Origin: Schleiferiaceae bacterium
Lineage (GTDB): Bacteria > Bacteroidota > Bacteroidia > Flavobacteriales > Schleiferiaceae
Length of the DNA stretch: 64,000 bases
NCBI GenBank assembly: GCA_963715655.1
Contig: OY970262.1
Location: forward strand, 2,565,236 to 2,629,235
Direction of reading: 5' to 3'
The notes under the pieces were generated by a model. That model made no database searches, was not told the origin of the DNA, and worked only from the letters and a program-made list of their open reading frames with translations. The position numbers and the translations under genes are program-made. Below, piece after piece: positions 1-11,138 of this stretch (within the stretch, counting starts at the first letter, position 1; each line of letters opens with the position of its first letter).

Positions 1-1102
1 ACTATCAGTACCCGAAGATTTTTGGTTAAGAGCATCTCAAACAGTGGATCAAGCTTGCCCAAACTTTGAAAACTTAAATAATAGCTTATACAAATTAAGC
101 GAACAATTTGTACGTGCGGCTTTAACCGTAAAGGCCAATAAAAGAAATTTCACCCTAGATAACATACTATGTGAGTATAATGGTAAAAAGGAAATTGAAA
201 GCATACTTGAGTTTTTCGCCTCAAGGTTAGAGAAGATAGAATCACTAATTAATGTTCAATACAAAAAAGGTACCTATGTTAATTATCGAACAGCACTTAA
301 GCACCTTCGAAATTTCATAAAAACAGAGCTTAGAAAATCAGATATTTTATTGGGAGAGGTACGCGTTCAATTTTTGGAAGATTTTTTCAACTTTTTAAAA
401 GTGAAATGTAATTGTCAAATAAATTCAGCCAATAAATATATGCGTTCCCTAAGAGCCATATTAAACGATGCTAAAAAACATGAGCTCATTACCTATTCAC
501 CCTTTGAAAATTATAGCCTTAAATATGAGCAGACCGAGCGCTCTATTTTAACCGAACATGAATTAAAAGTGCTTATAAAGAAAACCTTTGCAAATGAAAG
601 GTTAGAGAATACGCGTAAAATTTTCTTGTTTGCATGCCTAACGGGGTTAGCGTATGCAGATATAAAAGACTTAAGAGGTAAACACATAATAAGAGACAAT
701 GGTCGGTTGTTTATTCTTAAACCAAGGGTAAAAAGTTCGGTAAAAAGTACCATACCTTTATCTCAAACAGCAATCACTATTTTGGAGTCATATCAAGTAG
801 AAGAAACACCCTTAAACACCCAGTTGCCACACCCCGAACACACCCTCATCCACACCCCCTCTAATCAAAAACTAAATGCCTATTTAAAGGAAATAGCGGA
901 TGTATGCGGCTTTGATACGAATTTAACCTTTCATTGTGCAAGGCATACGTTTGCTACCACCGTTACATTATCTAATGGAGTACCTATGGAGAGTGTAAGT
1001 AAGATGCTAGGACACACCTCTATGAAAACCACTCAGATTTATGCGAAAGTATTGGAGAGTAAATTATTGGATGATATGGCTAATGTTTTTGAAAAGTATT
1101 AA
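1..1102 (+). CDS. Tyrosine-type site-specific integrase/recombinase (Bacteroidetes family), 5'-truncated by window start
   Basis: The reading frame is open from base 2 with no stop codon before the tracked GTG at 44, so the N-terminus lies off-window. The C-terminal catalytic region (HCARHTFAT ... LGHTSMKTTQIYAKV) has the conserved R/H/Y pattern of phage-integrase-family recombinases. Confidence 0.85.
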   Translation, partial: LSVPEDFWLRASQTVDQACPNFENLNNSLYKLSEQFVRAALTVKANKRNFTLDNILCEYNGKKEIESILEFFASRLEKIESLINVQYKKGTYVNYRTALKHLRNFIKTELRKSDILLGEVRVQFLEDFFNFLKVKCNCQINSANKYMRSLRAILNDAKKHELITYSPFENYSLKYEQTERSILTEHELKVLIKKTFANERLENTRKIFLFACLTGLAYADIKDLRGKHIIRDNGRLFILKPRVKSSVKSTIPLSQTAITILESYQVEETPLNTQLPHPEHTLIHTPSNQKLNAYLKEIADVCGFDTNLTFHCARHTFATTVTLSNGVPMESVSKMLGHTSMKTTQIYAKVLESKLLDDMANVFEKY

Positions 1103-1446
1103 TTTATGGCGAAATATTCAATATTGTAATTAGATTAACAACCTCAACGCCACAGAACTTGAAGAAATTTATGGGAATAGGGTGAGGAGCCGTTTACGAG
1201 AAATGTTTAATCAAATTTCACGTGTATGAAGTGATAAACGAAAGTAACGTTAAAATTACCGCACCATCATTTTCTCTTTATCAATCAACTCTTGTTGTAT
1301 TGACCTCATAAACGTTCACAATCTTCGTGATTCATATCCAAATCTATCACGTTTAAGATGTCTCCATTGGTGCTGTGGTGTAGCACAAATATTCCATCTT
1401 GGGCAATAGTATTGACAGCGGTGTTGCGCAAGGCTCCTCTTTTTAA

Positions 1447-1887
1447 TTAAGTGAGCCAGTAAACTTCACCGTTGTCCTGGGTGTCCATCCAATAATCTAT
1501 GTCAGGGCATTCCGAAATGCTAGTGGTAGAGACAGAGTCTGAGCCCGGCATCCGCAGCCAGTTGAAAACCCCACTGGTATCGTATTGGATAAGGAAGTTA
1601 GATTTTCTACGTGGCTCTTGAAAAACATAGGGTTCATATACAACGGTATCTGTATCAAAATGGGCTGAGTCGAGGGGTTGGTTGTAACCCGACACATATA
1701 CTAAGTTGTTCACAACCTTTAAATCAACTGCCTCTTCCCCACTCTTACTACCAAGCACTTTACTCCAGCGATGAATCGATGTCTGGCTAACGTTAAACTC
1801 CTCACACAGAGCCTTTGTAGTTTTTCCAGACTCTAACAATTCTAAAATGGTTCGTTTAAACTCTTGATCGTAATTGATTTTCCCCAT
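1447..1887 (-). pseudogene. Transposase remnant: N-terminal HTH of an IS3-like OrfA fused to a non-homologous tail
   Basis: The first ~50 aa (MGKINYDQEFKRTILELLESGKTTKALCEEFNVSQTSIHRWSKVLG) resemble an IS3-family OrfA helix-turn-helix domain. The remainder has no transposase features. No partner orfB or terminal inverted repeats were seen. Confidence 0.4.
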
Positions 1888-2118
1888 TTTGCTAACCTAA
1901 TTTATTCACTTAAAAATTTATCAGTAAAACTAGACTATCCACTGCCTCGAGAATAATTCATTATAGAAACTGAGGTATCTGATACCAGATAAATCCTAAT
2001 TTTTATCAGAAACAGATGTAATTACCTAATTAATTTAAGTCAAAGACATCCATAATTGAAGTTTGTAAAGAATTTTTCTATATTTTCGATTAAAATTAAT
2101 CTAAATAAAAATCTGTTT

Positions 2119-5100
2119 ATGAAAAAATCTAAATTTTTAATTGTAATTGTATTATTCAATTGTTTATTGAGTTCTATTTGGGCTCAGAATGCTCCTGGAG
2201 TTCAATGGACAAGGTTTGATTGGCCTAGAATTGAACCAACGACCAACTTGCCTCAAAGTAGAGAAAAAAGTGGTGAAGATTGGTGGTATGATCATGAGAA
2301 TGTATTTATAAATGGTCAGCATACTGGATATATAGCAGGAGGTTTTTCAGAAGGTTTGAACCGAGATGTTAATGCAAATACTTATAAATCACTTCAAGAT
2401 GAATTATATACCTGCGGTGATAGAGTTACACCTACCTGTACCGATTTTGAAGTTATAGGTAGAACAACTGATTGCACTAAATCATTGATGTTTGAGTATG
2501 AGTTGAACGGGAATATGAAATGGTGCAGAATTTACTATGATGGAGAATTTACAGATGTTCAGCAAACTTCTGATGGAGGTTTTATTGCGGGAGGGTACAC
2601 GCGAAATAGTCACGTAAATGGAAATCCCAACGCTTTTTCAAATGGACAGTTACCTAATCAAACTAGACTTTTATATAATCCCATAAATTCAAGTTCCAAT
2701 CAATTTTTAACCAAAAATCCGAACGTGGCTTGGAATACCGGATCTTCTCGGGTTGGGATAGTTAAAACAGATTCGGAAGGTAAAATTCAATGGATGCATA
2801 ATTACGGTCCCTTAGAAATTATAGGAGGAGTTAGTAACTCAATAGAGCTTACAACGATGAAAGCCAAATGGGTTAGTATTGTTGAAATTAATTCTGATTT
2901 TTGGGTTGTGGCTGGTTATGAATATAGAACGAGCATTGGTGGCCCAGTTATTTTTGGTTCGTTTCTATTAAAACTGGATAGTCAAGGTTATGTAAAAGAG
3001 AAAATGTTATTGGCACCTCAGATAATTACCGTTGGTAGTGCTTTTATAAGCCTTAAAGATGTTAAAAAAGGCCCAGGCTCAAATACTCTATATGTTGCAG
3101 GCTCATTTCATGAGGAAAATGTTATTCCAAAGTCATATGTTGCTAAAATCGATATAACTGGGACTCCAAATATATTATGGGAAAATCTATTTTCAGCACA
3201 AACTGTTCGACCAGACCCAGTAAATCCGAGTAATACTCCTGTATACAGAAATTCTATAATACATGATATTGAAGTTAGAGGAAACGGCAATATTCTAGTA
3301 CCTGCCATTGTGAATTGCTATAGCGGAGATTGTTTTAGTTCTAATAATTCAACAAATAAAGCAGAACTTGAAATACATGAAATCACAAGCGGAGGATCTA
3401 GGAGTGTATTATATAACTTGGGCGAAGTGAATGCTTATGATTTAAAGGCTGGAATAACAAATACATCAGATGGAGGTTTTGCTGTTGTTAGCTCTAAAGG
3501 ACAGTATGATTCAAATGGTAATCTTATTTTACCCGCACCTAATGACCCATTGATTCTTAGTTTGCTTCCTCCAAACACACCAAATTGCCACGAAGATTAT
3601 AAGGCTTGGATGTCCGATGTTTTTGTTGCAAAATTTAGCAGCTCTAATTCATTGGAATGGCAAAAAACCTATGATTCCCATCCTAACGAAAGACAATCGT
3701 ACCCCTATGATTTAAAAAAACAAGAATGTGTTTACGAAATAACTGAAGATCAAGCAACAGGTGATTTGGTAATTAGCGGTAATACTTCTCACAATTTCGA
3801 TGATGCTTATTTGTTAAAATTAACTGGATGTCAAAATGACCTAAATAGTGAGCCTATTACAAGTGTTGGTGCTGCTGGTGATGAAATAATTATTTCAAAC
3901 AACACCACATGGAATTCAAACAAAATCATAAGAGGGTTAGTTCGAGTTCAAAATATATTAATAATTGATGGTGCCACAATTCAATTTGCGGATAAAGGAC
4001 AATCTGGTCAGGAAAGCGGAATTTTGATTGAGCCTGGAGCAAAATTGATAGTGAGAAATGGAGCGACTTTAACATCCATTGCGGGTTGTGAAAGTTCTAC
4101 ATGGTCTGGGATTAAAGTGGCCTCAAATAATTTTATCTTTCAAAGTAATAATAATTCAGGTCAGCTTGAATTGGATGGGACAATCAATAGAGTAACAATA
4201 GAGAATGCTGATAACGCAATTTTTATGGGTGATCCCTACAACATTTCAGCTAATTATTGGTCGTCTTTTGGTGGAATTGTACATGCAAACGGAGTTGATT
4301 TTAAAAATAATTTGCGTGATGCAGCGTTTAATAGTTTTGGATCTACAAATACAAATATCTATTATACCCAGTATGATAGTTACTTCAAAAACTGCAAGTT
4401 TACTAAAACGGAAAAGTACAAGGCTGGATTAAAAAGTGGAGGTTCTGTCACTATTTGGGCTTGTCATGGTATTGATTTTGAGAACTGCGTCTGGGATTTC
4501 ACTGGTGAAGACTACGATGAGCAAAGCGTGCAAGCAGCTATTTATACTGTAGATGCCTCATTTAATGTTACAGGAAATGTAATCAATGAAACTGCTAGTT
4601 CGAGATTTATTAACTGTAATTATGGTATTTATTCTTTTAAAAGTTGGGATTTTCCATCTCGAGTAGTAATCAATAATACCTTGTTTGACAATAATAAAAA
4701 AGGTGCTTTTCTTTATGGTGCAAGTGGTTATCGAATTCAAAATAACACTTTTAAAATACCTTCTTTGCCTAAAGATGAATATGATTTGATTAATGCTTAT
4801 GGTGTTTATAATCGTTCAAAAAGTTCTATTCAATTTTTTAATAATAACACCTTTGAGGGAATAGGCACTGGCGGCTTTAATGCTGGAGTAATTGTAAGTC
4901 AGTCTTATAGTTTACCCAATGTAATCGAGCAAAATACTTTTAAAGATTTATATATGGCAAATGAATCGAATATGGACAACAGAAGTAATGATCAAGCTTT
5001 AGGTGTAAGTGGGTTAACTGGTTTGGAGTATCACTGTAATTACTTTGATAATAATGACATTAATATTTATGTGCATCATCAACCGTATCCAGGGAATTCA

Positions 5101-6606
5101 TGGACGACAATTAATTCTCTTTCATTACCTCCAACTACGGGCATTAAAAAATTTCAAGGATCTAATACTGGTGATAAAGAAAATTTAGCTGGAAATCAGT
5201 TTGACGCTACTGTCGTTAATGATATTGATGTTAATTTATCCCGAAATAATGTAATTTATGTTCATCATAATGAAACTTACCTAAGTAATCCTCAAAACTT
5301 AAAACCCTCAATTAGCAGACTTATAACTAGTTATGGATTTGACTTAGAGTTTAACGGATCTTGTCCTTCTATTGGCAGTACGGTATTAAACAAAACTGAA
5401 TTGGATGGGATTATTGAAGATAGAAACGCTCTAATAGCCTCATCTAAAGGGTTTTTTGATGAAAATGTCGACTTTGGAAATCATATCAATTTATTGGAAG
5501 CAATAGGCTTTTATGAATCGATAGTATTATACGGAGAGGAAGATTTCCCTGACCCTGTTTTTAATGATGATGGTGATCAATTTGCAAGCTTATATAATAA
5601 TATTTTAGGTAATGCACCTTGGATGTCTGACGAGGCTGCCGCTGCGCTAATTATGCAATTGGGTTTTTCTGATGTTATGTTAAACAACATATTGTTGGCA
5701 CACCCACATGTTTTGAGAAATCCTAAAATTATGGACCTCTTAGAGCTATACCGTGATGGCTTTCTTGCTTATATTGATGGAATTAATAATGCAAGGGCGA
5801 ATAATTATACAGATTATGAAAATAAAATGATGTTATTATCAAATTACTCTACCGACAAATTTAAAGCAGTAGAAGAAATGGCCTCATTATTGTTTTTTGA
5901 AGATATCGGCAATGGTCTTTCTGATTTAGATGAACTTATTAGCTTTTATTCTGCTTACGATGAACCTATTTATCAATACAGAAAAGCGACATTAGAACTA
6001 GTTACTGGCGATTATAGTAGCGCTCAAAATACTCTTACTAACTTGAGTGTTCAAAATAATTTTGAAGGAGATGATGAAAAGCTGTTTAATGATTTTAGTG
6101 AATTATTAGCAATTGCGTCAAATGCCAATGGTAATGTAGCAAATTATACTCCCACAGCGAGTGAGGAAATATTTTTAGCGCGGATTGCTGAGGAGCGAGA
6201 CCACCCTTTAACCGGTTTTGCTTATAGTTTTTCACTAACTAAAAAAATGGCGACAGCGACATTGCACGATGAAATACCTAATGATAGATATGATCCCGTC
6301 TATGATTATAACGTAACTTATAATAATAAAAAGAATATAGTTGAAGAGAAAGCGTTAGTCAATCAACAATTGATAAGTTCTTTCTATGTTTATCCCAACC
6401 CAAGTAGCTCTTATTTTAATGTTGTTTCGACAGATATATTGGAAGGGGAAGCAGTGTTATATGATGTGCGGGGAGCTAAATTAAGAACAGTAGTATGCAA
6501 GAATGGCTTAGCTATTTTGCCTTTAACCTCCTTACCATCTGGCATATATGTAATAAAACTTAGTAACAGAATACAGGTGCAAACTCAAAAAGTAATCATT
6601 GATTAA
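2119..6606 (+). CDS. Very large secreted protein with right-handed beta-helix (PbH1-like) repeats and a T9SS C-terminal sorting domain
   Basis: The start is taken at the internal Met (MKKSKFLIVIVLFNCLLSSIWAQ, a signal peptide); the tracked ORF begins at 2056. Repeated NNTF/NxxF beta-helix-like motifs are present. The C-terminus (YPNPSSSYFNVVSTDILEGEAVLYDVRGAKL ... GIYVIKL) matches the Por/T9SS CTD. Confidence 0.8.
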   Translation: MKKSKFLIVIVLFNCLLSSIWAQNAPGVQWTRFDWPRIEPTTNLPQSREKSGEDWWYDHENVFINGQHTGYIAGGFSEGLNRDVNANTYKSLQDELYTCGDRVTPTCTDFEVIGRTTDCTKSLMFEYELNGNMKWCRIYYDGEFTDVQQTSDGGFIAGGYTRNSHVNGNPNAFSNGQLPNQTRLLYNPINSSSNQFLTKNPNVAWNTGSSRVGIVKTDSEGKIQWMHNYGPLEIIGGVSNSIELTTMKAKWVSIVEINSDFWVVAGYEYRTSIGGPVIFGSFLLKLDSQGYVKEKMLLAPQIITVGSAFISLKDVKKGPGSNTLYVAGSFHEENVIPKSYVAKIDITGTPNILWENLFSAQTVRPDPVNPSNTPVYRNSIIHDIEVRGNGNILVPAIVNCYSGDCFSSNNSTNKAELEIHEITSGGSRSVLYNLGEVNAYDLKAGITNTSDGGFAVVSSKGQYDSNGNLILPAPNDPLILSLLPPNTPNCHEDYKAWMSDVFVAKFSSSNSLEWQKTYDSHPNERQSYPYDLKKQECVYEITEDQATGDLVISGNTSHNFDDAYLLKLTGCQNDLNSEPITSVGAAGDEIIISNNTTWNSNKIIRGLVRVQNILIIDGATIQFADKGQSGQESGILIEPGAKLIVRNGATLTSIAGCESSTWSGIKVASNNFIFQSNNNSGQLELDGTINRVTIENADNAIFMGDPYNISANYWSSFGGIVHANGVDFKNNLRDAAFNSFGSTNTNIYYTQYDSYFKNCKFTKTEKYKAGLKSGGSVTIWACHGIDFENCVWDFTGEDYDEQSVQAAIYTVDASFNVTGNVINETASSRFINCNYGIYSFKSWDFPSRVVINNTLFDNNKKGAFLYGASGYRIQNNTFKIPSLPKDEYDLINAYGVYNRSKSSIQFFNNNTFEGIGTGGFNAGVIVSQSYSLPNVIEQNTFKDLYMANESNMDNRSNDQALGVSGLTGLEYHCNYFDNNDINIYVHHQPYPGNSWTTINSLSLPPTTGIKKFQGSNTGDKENLAGNQFDATVVNDIDVNLSRNNVIYVHHNETYLSNPQNLKPSISRLITSYGFDLEFNGSCPSIGSTVLNKTELDGIIEDRNALIASSKGFFDENVDFGNHINLLEAIGFYESIVLYGEEDFPDPVFNDDGDQFASLYNNILGNAPWMSDEAAAALIMQLGFSDVMLNNILLAHPHVLRNPKIMDLLELYRDGFLAYIDGINNARANNYTDYENKMMLLSNYSTDKFKAVEEMASLLFFEDIGNGLSDLDELISFYSAYDEPIYQYRKATLELVTGDYSSAQNTLTNLSVQNNFEGDDEKLFNDFSELLAIASNANGNVANYTPTASEEIFLARIAEERDHPLTGFAYSFSLTKKMATATLHDEIPNDRYDPVYDYNVTYNNKKNIVEEKALVNQQLISSFYVYPNPSSSYFNVVSTDILEGEAVLYDVRGAKLRTVVCKNGLAILPLTSLPSGIYVIKLSNRIQVQTQKVIID

Positions 6607-8188
6607 TTTCTCCATTAATAGAATTTCAAATAATCTAACAAAAGGGCTGCTTTTAGTAGCTCTTTTGTTATTAAATTCTAACCCTATAATTGCACAAGCT
6701 AAAGGATTTAACAAGCTTTACGGAGAAGTGGTAGTAAGCAGAAGTGTTCAGCCTTTAGGTCACACTTTCTTCACATATAGTGAAATGTCTGATGCTTTAT
6801 GGAATTACATTAAACTAATCAAGATAGATGCGGGTGGGCTGGTAATAGATACTTTTAGTTTTCGATTGGATTCTGTTCATTTAGGCATTAGCAATCACGT
6901 TTCTTTAACTTCAACTTCAGACTCTGGATTAATTTGTTCTTTTTACTATTACAAGCCTTCAGGAATAAAGGTTAACGGATTATTGAAGCTTGATAATAAT
7001 TTAAATGTTAAGTGGCATAATAACGTCTTTGAGGATACAAATAGACGAGGTTTATATCAGATTACCGAAGTATCAGACAAAGGCTTTGTTTGTACTGGTT
7101 TTGCTTATTTACCCGCCAGTAATCGCTATGAAACGTTTTTAGTAAAAACAGATAGTCTAGGTAACAAAGAATGGGAAAAACGCTATGATACTAATGTGCC
7201 TCAATACAGTCAATATGGAATATTTGTGTATGAATGCCCCAATGCAAGTGGTTATTTAATAAGCAACAGGCACGAAATTTTAACCAGTGGTCCTAATAAT
7301 GATGTGAAGCTAATTCGTACCGATATACAAGGCAATGTGCTTTGGGAAAAGCGTTGGGGAAAACCGAATGGTAGCGAAGGGTACGGCAGTGTGGGATATG
7401 TAAATGATAGTACGTTTATACTGTATTATTCTGAATTTACTGATACCATTCTCTATAACTCTACCTCAGGAGTAGTTCTACCTTTTATACGATCAACCCC
7501 TACATTTATTTTAGTTAATGATAAAAATGGAGCTCAGCTCAATCGTAATCAACCTATGAGCCCTACAGTGCAGATGGTGTCTACTAATTCATATTTTCAA
7601 AATGGAAAATTGTATGGGGCGGGTTACTTTTTTAGTTTATTTGGATCTATGCTTTTAGAGGGTGGAGGTTATCAAGGGTTTATTATTAGCGTGGATGAAA
7701 ACTTAAATTTTAATTGGTATAGACATTACAATCCTAGAGGAGCCTTAGCAATTCCTGATGATGATAGTTTTTTAATAGATATTAAACCAACGTTGGATGG
7801 CGGCATTGTAGGGGCAGGTTATTCTTTCAAATCAGATACGGCAGGTACAGGTAGGTTTGGTTTTCATGGATGGATGTTTAAAACAGATAGTATTGGATGC
7901 CTAGAAAGTACTTGCGGAGGGGATATACATTTAAAAGAAGATTTAGTTGATGAAGGAAACGGTATTCAGGTTTATCCAAACCCGAGTAGCTCTTTCTTTA
8001 ATGTTTTGTCTACTGATATTTTGGAAGGGGAGGCGATGCTTTATGATATGCGTGGAGCAGCTTTAAGTTCAGCACCTGTAAAGGACGGTAAGGCGCGACT
8101 AATCGTTGGCAATTTGCCAAAAGGAATTTATGTTATACGCGTTTTTTCCAAGTATCGTTCATTCAGTAAGCAGGTAGAGATTGATTAA
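6599..8188 (+). CDS. T9SS-secreted protein, paralog copy A (inverted duplicate of 48357-49943)
   Basis: TTG start followed by a signal peptide (KGLLLVALLLLNSNPIIAQA). The C-terminal T9SS CTD reads VYPNPSSSFFNVLSTDILEGEAMLYDMRGAAL ... GIYVIRV. The first ~270 aa and last ~130 aa are near-identical to the protein encoded at 48357-49943. Confidence 0.8.
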   Translation: MINFSINRISNNLTKGLLLVALLLLNSNPIIAQAKGFNKLYGEVVVSRSVQPLGHTFFTYSEMSDALWNYIKLIKIDAGGLVIDTFSFRLDSVHLGISNHVSLTSTSDSGLICSFYYYKPSGIKVNGLLKLDNNLNVKWHNNVFEDTNRRGLYQITEVSDKGFVCTGFAYLPASNRYETFLVKTDSLGNKEWEKRYDTNVPQYSQYGIFVYECPNASGYLISNRHEILTSGPNNDVKLIRTDIQGNVLWEKRWGKPNGSEGYGSVGYVNDSTFILYYSEFTDTILYNSTSGVVLPFIRSTPTFILVNDKNGAQLNRNQPMSPTVQMVSTNSYFQNGKLYGAGYFFSLFGSMLLEGGGYQGFIISVDENLNFNWYRHYNPRGALAIPDDDSFLIDIKPTLDGGIVGAGYSFKSDTAGTGRFGFHGWMFKTDSIGCLESTCGGDIHLKEDLVDEGNGIQVYPNPSSSFFNVLSTDILEGEAMLYDMRGAALSSAPVKDGKARLIVGNLPKGIYVIRVFSKYRSFSKQVEID

Positions 8189-8233
8189 TATGTAGTCATA
8201 TTTTGAAGGTTATAATTTAGTATAAACACTAAT

Positions 8234-8485
8234 CTATAACTTGTGTAAAGGATGTATATTAATGAACAGAGAAAGAATGCCACTTACTACCTTTTGGTAA
8301 GTGGAATTAGGGTGAACTTCATGAGGTCTTCGAGAGAGTTCTCTAAGACCTCCATAACCTTCATTTTCAAATCGAGCTATGATTTTATAAGCCGTTGGCC
8401 TAGAAATTTCAAAGCTCCGGCAGAGTTCTGTAATGATGTAATTTCCCGTTCTCCATTCGCAGATAAATTCAATTTTTTGTTCCAT
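8234..8485 (-). pseudogene. Transposase N-terminal HTH fragment (IS481/IS3-like), truncated
   Basis: 83 aa, MEQKIEFICEWRTGNYIITELCRSFEISRPTAYKIIARFENEGYGGLRELSRRPH, resembles the N-terminal HTH of a DDE transposase. No catalytic domain follows. Confidence 0.45.
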
Positions 8486-8832
8486 AATCGTTGATTCTTT
8501 CCAAGGTACGCTAATCTGAATTTTGATTCAAATTGCAAGCTGAAAAGTGTAAACGATGTTTATATAACTATGTAAAGGATGTTTATATATCGTACCCTCC
8601 AAAAGAAAAACACAAACTCTGGGGATCAGAAAAGATGCACAAACTGTTGTATAAAATTCCCCACATTAGCCCATCCGAAATTGATAAAGAGAAGATATCA
8701 ATTTCCACCAGAGCTAATTAATTTCTACAGCTAGCGATAAAATTTAAAAATCCTCATATACAATAATTTACGATTTGGTAATTTTACCGTTTGTCGCAAT
8801 TCAAAAAAGAAAAGAAAAACTGAAATATATAT

Positions 8833-11106
8833 ATGTCATTAATAGACAAAGGACTTGAGCATGGGCACATCAAGTTTGATGAAGAAGAAAAATACATCAT
8901 CTATGTAGCTCCAGGCAAACGATACCGCTATACTGATCCCGAAGAACAAGTAAGAACTGAATCTTACTTATCCTTCATTTTCGAATATGGTTACAATCCT
9001 AAGCGCATGAGTCTTGAAGTAACTGTACCTAGAAGAACCCCTAGCGATTTAGCCGACATTGTCATTTTTGAAGATGATGATAAACTCACGCCCTACATAG
9101 TTGTAGAATGTAAAAAGCAAAAGATTTCAGAAGCAGAGTTCAACCAAGCCATTGAGCAAGGTTTCGGAAACGCTGTTTCGCTCAACGCACCTTTCATGCA
9201 GATTACATCAGGCATTAAAACAAATGCCTATGATGTCAAAAACTTTCCTCCACTCGAAAGGGTAAAGAACCTTATTGCAGATATTCCCCGATTTGGTCAA
9301 TCGGGTATTACCAAAGCAAAGTTTTACAAAGGCGCCATTGATGAAGACGGCAATCCTGCTAAAGACATTAAAGTTGTAGAGCAAAGCGACCTAACGAGAG
9401 TTTTTGAGCAAGCGCACCAAGCCCTTTGGGCAGGTGGAAAGCGGAATCCTTCCGAAGCATTTGATGAATTGGATAAACTCATTTTCTGTAAGATTTGGGA
9501 TGAACGTAAAGACCGCAAGCCAGGTCAGCCTTATGCCTTTCAAGAGTTTACAGGCGAACATCCGAACGAATTGCTTGAGAGAGTACAAGCCATTTACAGC
9601 GAAGGAAAAGAGAAAGACCCAGAAGTATTCAAAGAACCAATTCGCTTATCAGCTTCTGAACTTAAAACCATCGTGGGTTATTTATCAGAACTCAACCTCC
9701 ACGATACCGACCTTGACAGCAAAGGCCGAGCATTTGAAACTTTCTTAGGTTCATTCTTTCGTGGTGATTTTGGACAGTACTTTACGCCTCGAGAAGTGGT
9801 AGACTTTATTGTAAAAGTACTGCCCATTAATAACGATAGTTTAGTGCTTGATTCTTCTTGTGGAAGCGGTGGTTTCTTATTGTACGCCTTAGACAAGGTG
9901 AGAAAAAGAGCCGACCAGATGGCCGAAGAAGGCTATTTCAAAAAAGGCTCTACCAAGCACCGCGACTATTGGCACGATTTCGCAGAGCATAACCTCTACG
10001 GTATTGAAATTTCTGAAAGCATTGCCCGTACTGCCAAAATTAATATGATTATTCATGATGATGGCCACACCAATGTAATTGCTGTGGATGGCCTTAATCC
10101 TATTGAAGAAATTGCTCCAGTACCCAACGAAACCGAAAGAGAGAAAGAATGGCGTGAAAAGCTCAATGCCATTTCTATTCAGAAAGTTTCAGGAAACAAA
10201 GGATTTAAAGAAAACAACTTCGATTTCATCATCACCAATCCACCGTTTGGCTCTAGCATCAAACAAACCGAACAAGCCTATCTCAAAAACTACGGCTTGG
10301 GTATTAAAGATGTCAATTGGGTTGACCAACGATTAAAATCCAATTTCAAATTAGGAACACGCACCAGTCAAAGCACTGAAGTGCTTTTTATTGAGCAATG
10401 CCACCGTTTTTTAAAACCAGGCGGTGTGTTAGCAGTGGTTATTCCTGATGGTATTTTGACCAACTCAAGCTCGCAGTATGTGAGAGATTGGATTGAAGAA
10501 CACTACCGCATCATTTCTGTGGTTTCACTACCTCAAACAGCCTTCTCTGCCAATGGTGCAGGAGTTAAAAGCTCAGTTCTCTTCTTAATGAAGTTGGATG
10601 CCAAGCAAACCAAGAAAGTTCAAAACACCAAAGAGAAAATCCAAGATGATTTATTCTTTCAACCCCAATACGAAGCGGAGATTAAGCGGCTTGATAAAGA
10701 GAAAAAACGCATCATTAAAGAGCATGAAGGCTTTGACTACACCAGTATCAATTGGGAATTAGAAGACAATCTAAAAGCCTTAAATGGTGCATCTGCACCT
10801 GAGCAATATGACAAAGCCGCTCGCAAGCTCGCTGAGAAAAGCGAAGAATTTAAAGCATGGAAGTCTGACATTGGTCAACTCTACAATGAGCAGATCAATG
10901 AAGTAAAAGAAAATTTGCAAGACGAGTACCTCAAGCGCATTGGCGAAGAGCTGATAGACTATCCTATCTTAATGTTAATTGCTGAAAATATCGGTTATGA
11001 TACGGTTGGTCGTAAAACAGGGATCAATGAACTTGAGATAATTGCGCCAGAAATAGAAAGGTTTATTACTGACATTAAAACAGGGCAAGACCCTTTTTTC
11101 GTCTAA
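8833..11106 (+). CDS. Restriction-modification enzyme subunit: N-terminal HsdR_N-like PD-(D/E)xK nuclease domain fused to a gamma-class N6-adenine DNA methyltransferase
   Basis: The N-terminal region (DLADIVIFEDDDKLTPYIVVECKKQK) fits the D...ExK motif of the HsdR N-terminal nuclease family. A SAM-binding region (LDSSCGSGGFLLYA) and the catalytic NPPF motif (FDFIITNPPFGS) are present. 757 aa is larger than a canonical HsdM. Confidence 0.8.
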   Translation: MSLIDKGLEHGHIKFDEEEKYIIYVAPGKRYRYTDPEEQVRTESYLSFIFEYGYNPKRMSLEVTVPRRTPSDLADIVIFEDDDKLTPYIVVECKKQKISEAEFNQAIEQGFGNAVSLNAPFMQITSGIKTNAYDVKNFPPLERVKNLIADIPRFGQSGITKAKFYKGAIDEDGNPAKDIKVVEQSDLTRVFEQAHQALWAGGKRNPSEAFDELDKLIFCKIWDERKDRKPGQPYAFQEFTGEHPNELLERVQAIYSEGKEKDPEVFKEPIRLSASELKTIVGYLSELNLHDTDLDSKGRAFETFLGSFFRGDFGQYFTPREVVDFIVKVLPINNDSLVLDSSCGSGGFLLYALDKVRKRADQMAEEGYFKKGSTKHRDYWHDFAEHNLYGIEISESIARTAKINMIIHDDGHTNVIAVDGLNPIEEIAPVPNETEREKEWREKLNAISIQKVSGNKGFKENNFDFIITNPPFGSSIKQTEQAYLKNYGLGIKDVNWVDQRLKSNFKLGTRTSQSTEVLFIEQCHRFLKPGGVLAVVIPDGILTNSSSQYVRDWIEEHYRIISVVSLPQTAFSANGAGVKSSVLFLMKLDAKQTKKVQNTKEKIQDDLFFQPQYEAEIKRLDKEKKRIIKEHEGFDYTSINWELEDNLKALNGASAPEQYDKAARKLAEKSEEFKAWKSDIGQLYNEQINEVKENLQDEYLKRIGEELIDYPILMLIAENIGYDTVGRKTGINELEIIAPEIERFITDIKTGQDPFFV

Positions 11107-11138
11107 GCCCCGATTTAGATGAAGACAGGTTCTTCATT

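Noticed and set aside
8252-8721. Small plus-strand ORFs 8252-8494 and 8533-8721
   Set aside because: The first is antisense to the transposase fragment. The second is a Lys-rich, low-complexity peptide in AT-rich spacer. Neither has a supporting motif.
9324-10336. Small ORFs on both strands within the MTase gene
   Set aside because: Out-of-frame or antisense within a motif-supported CDS.
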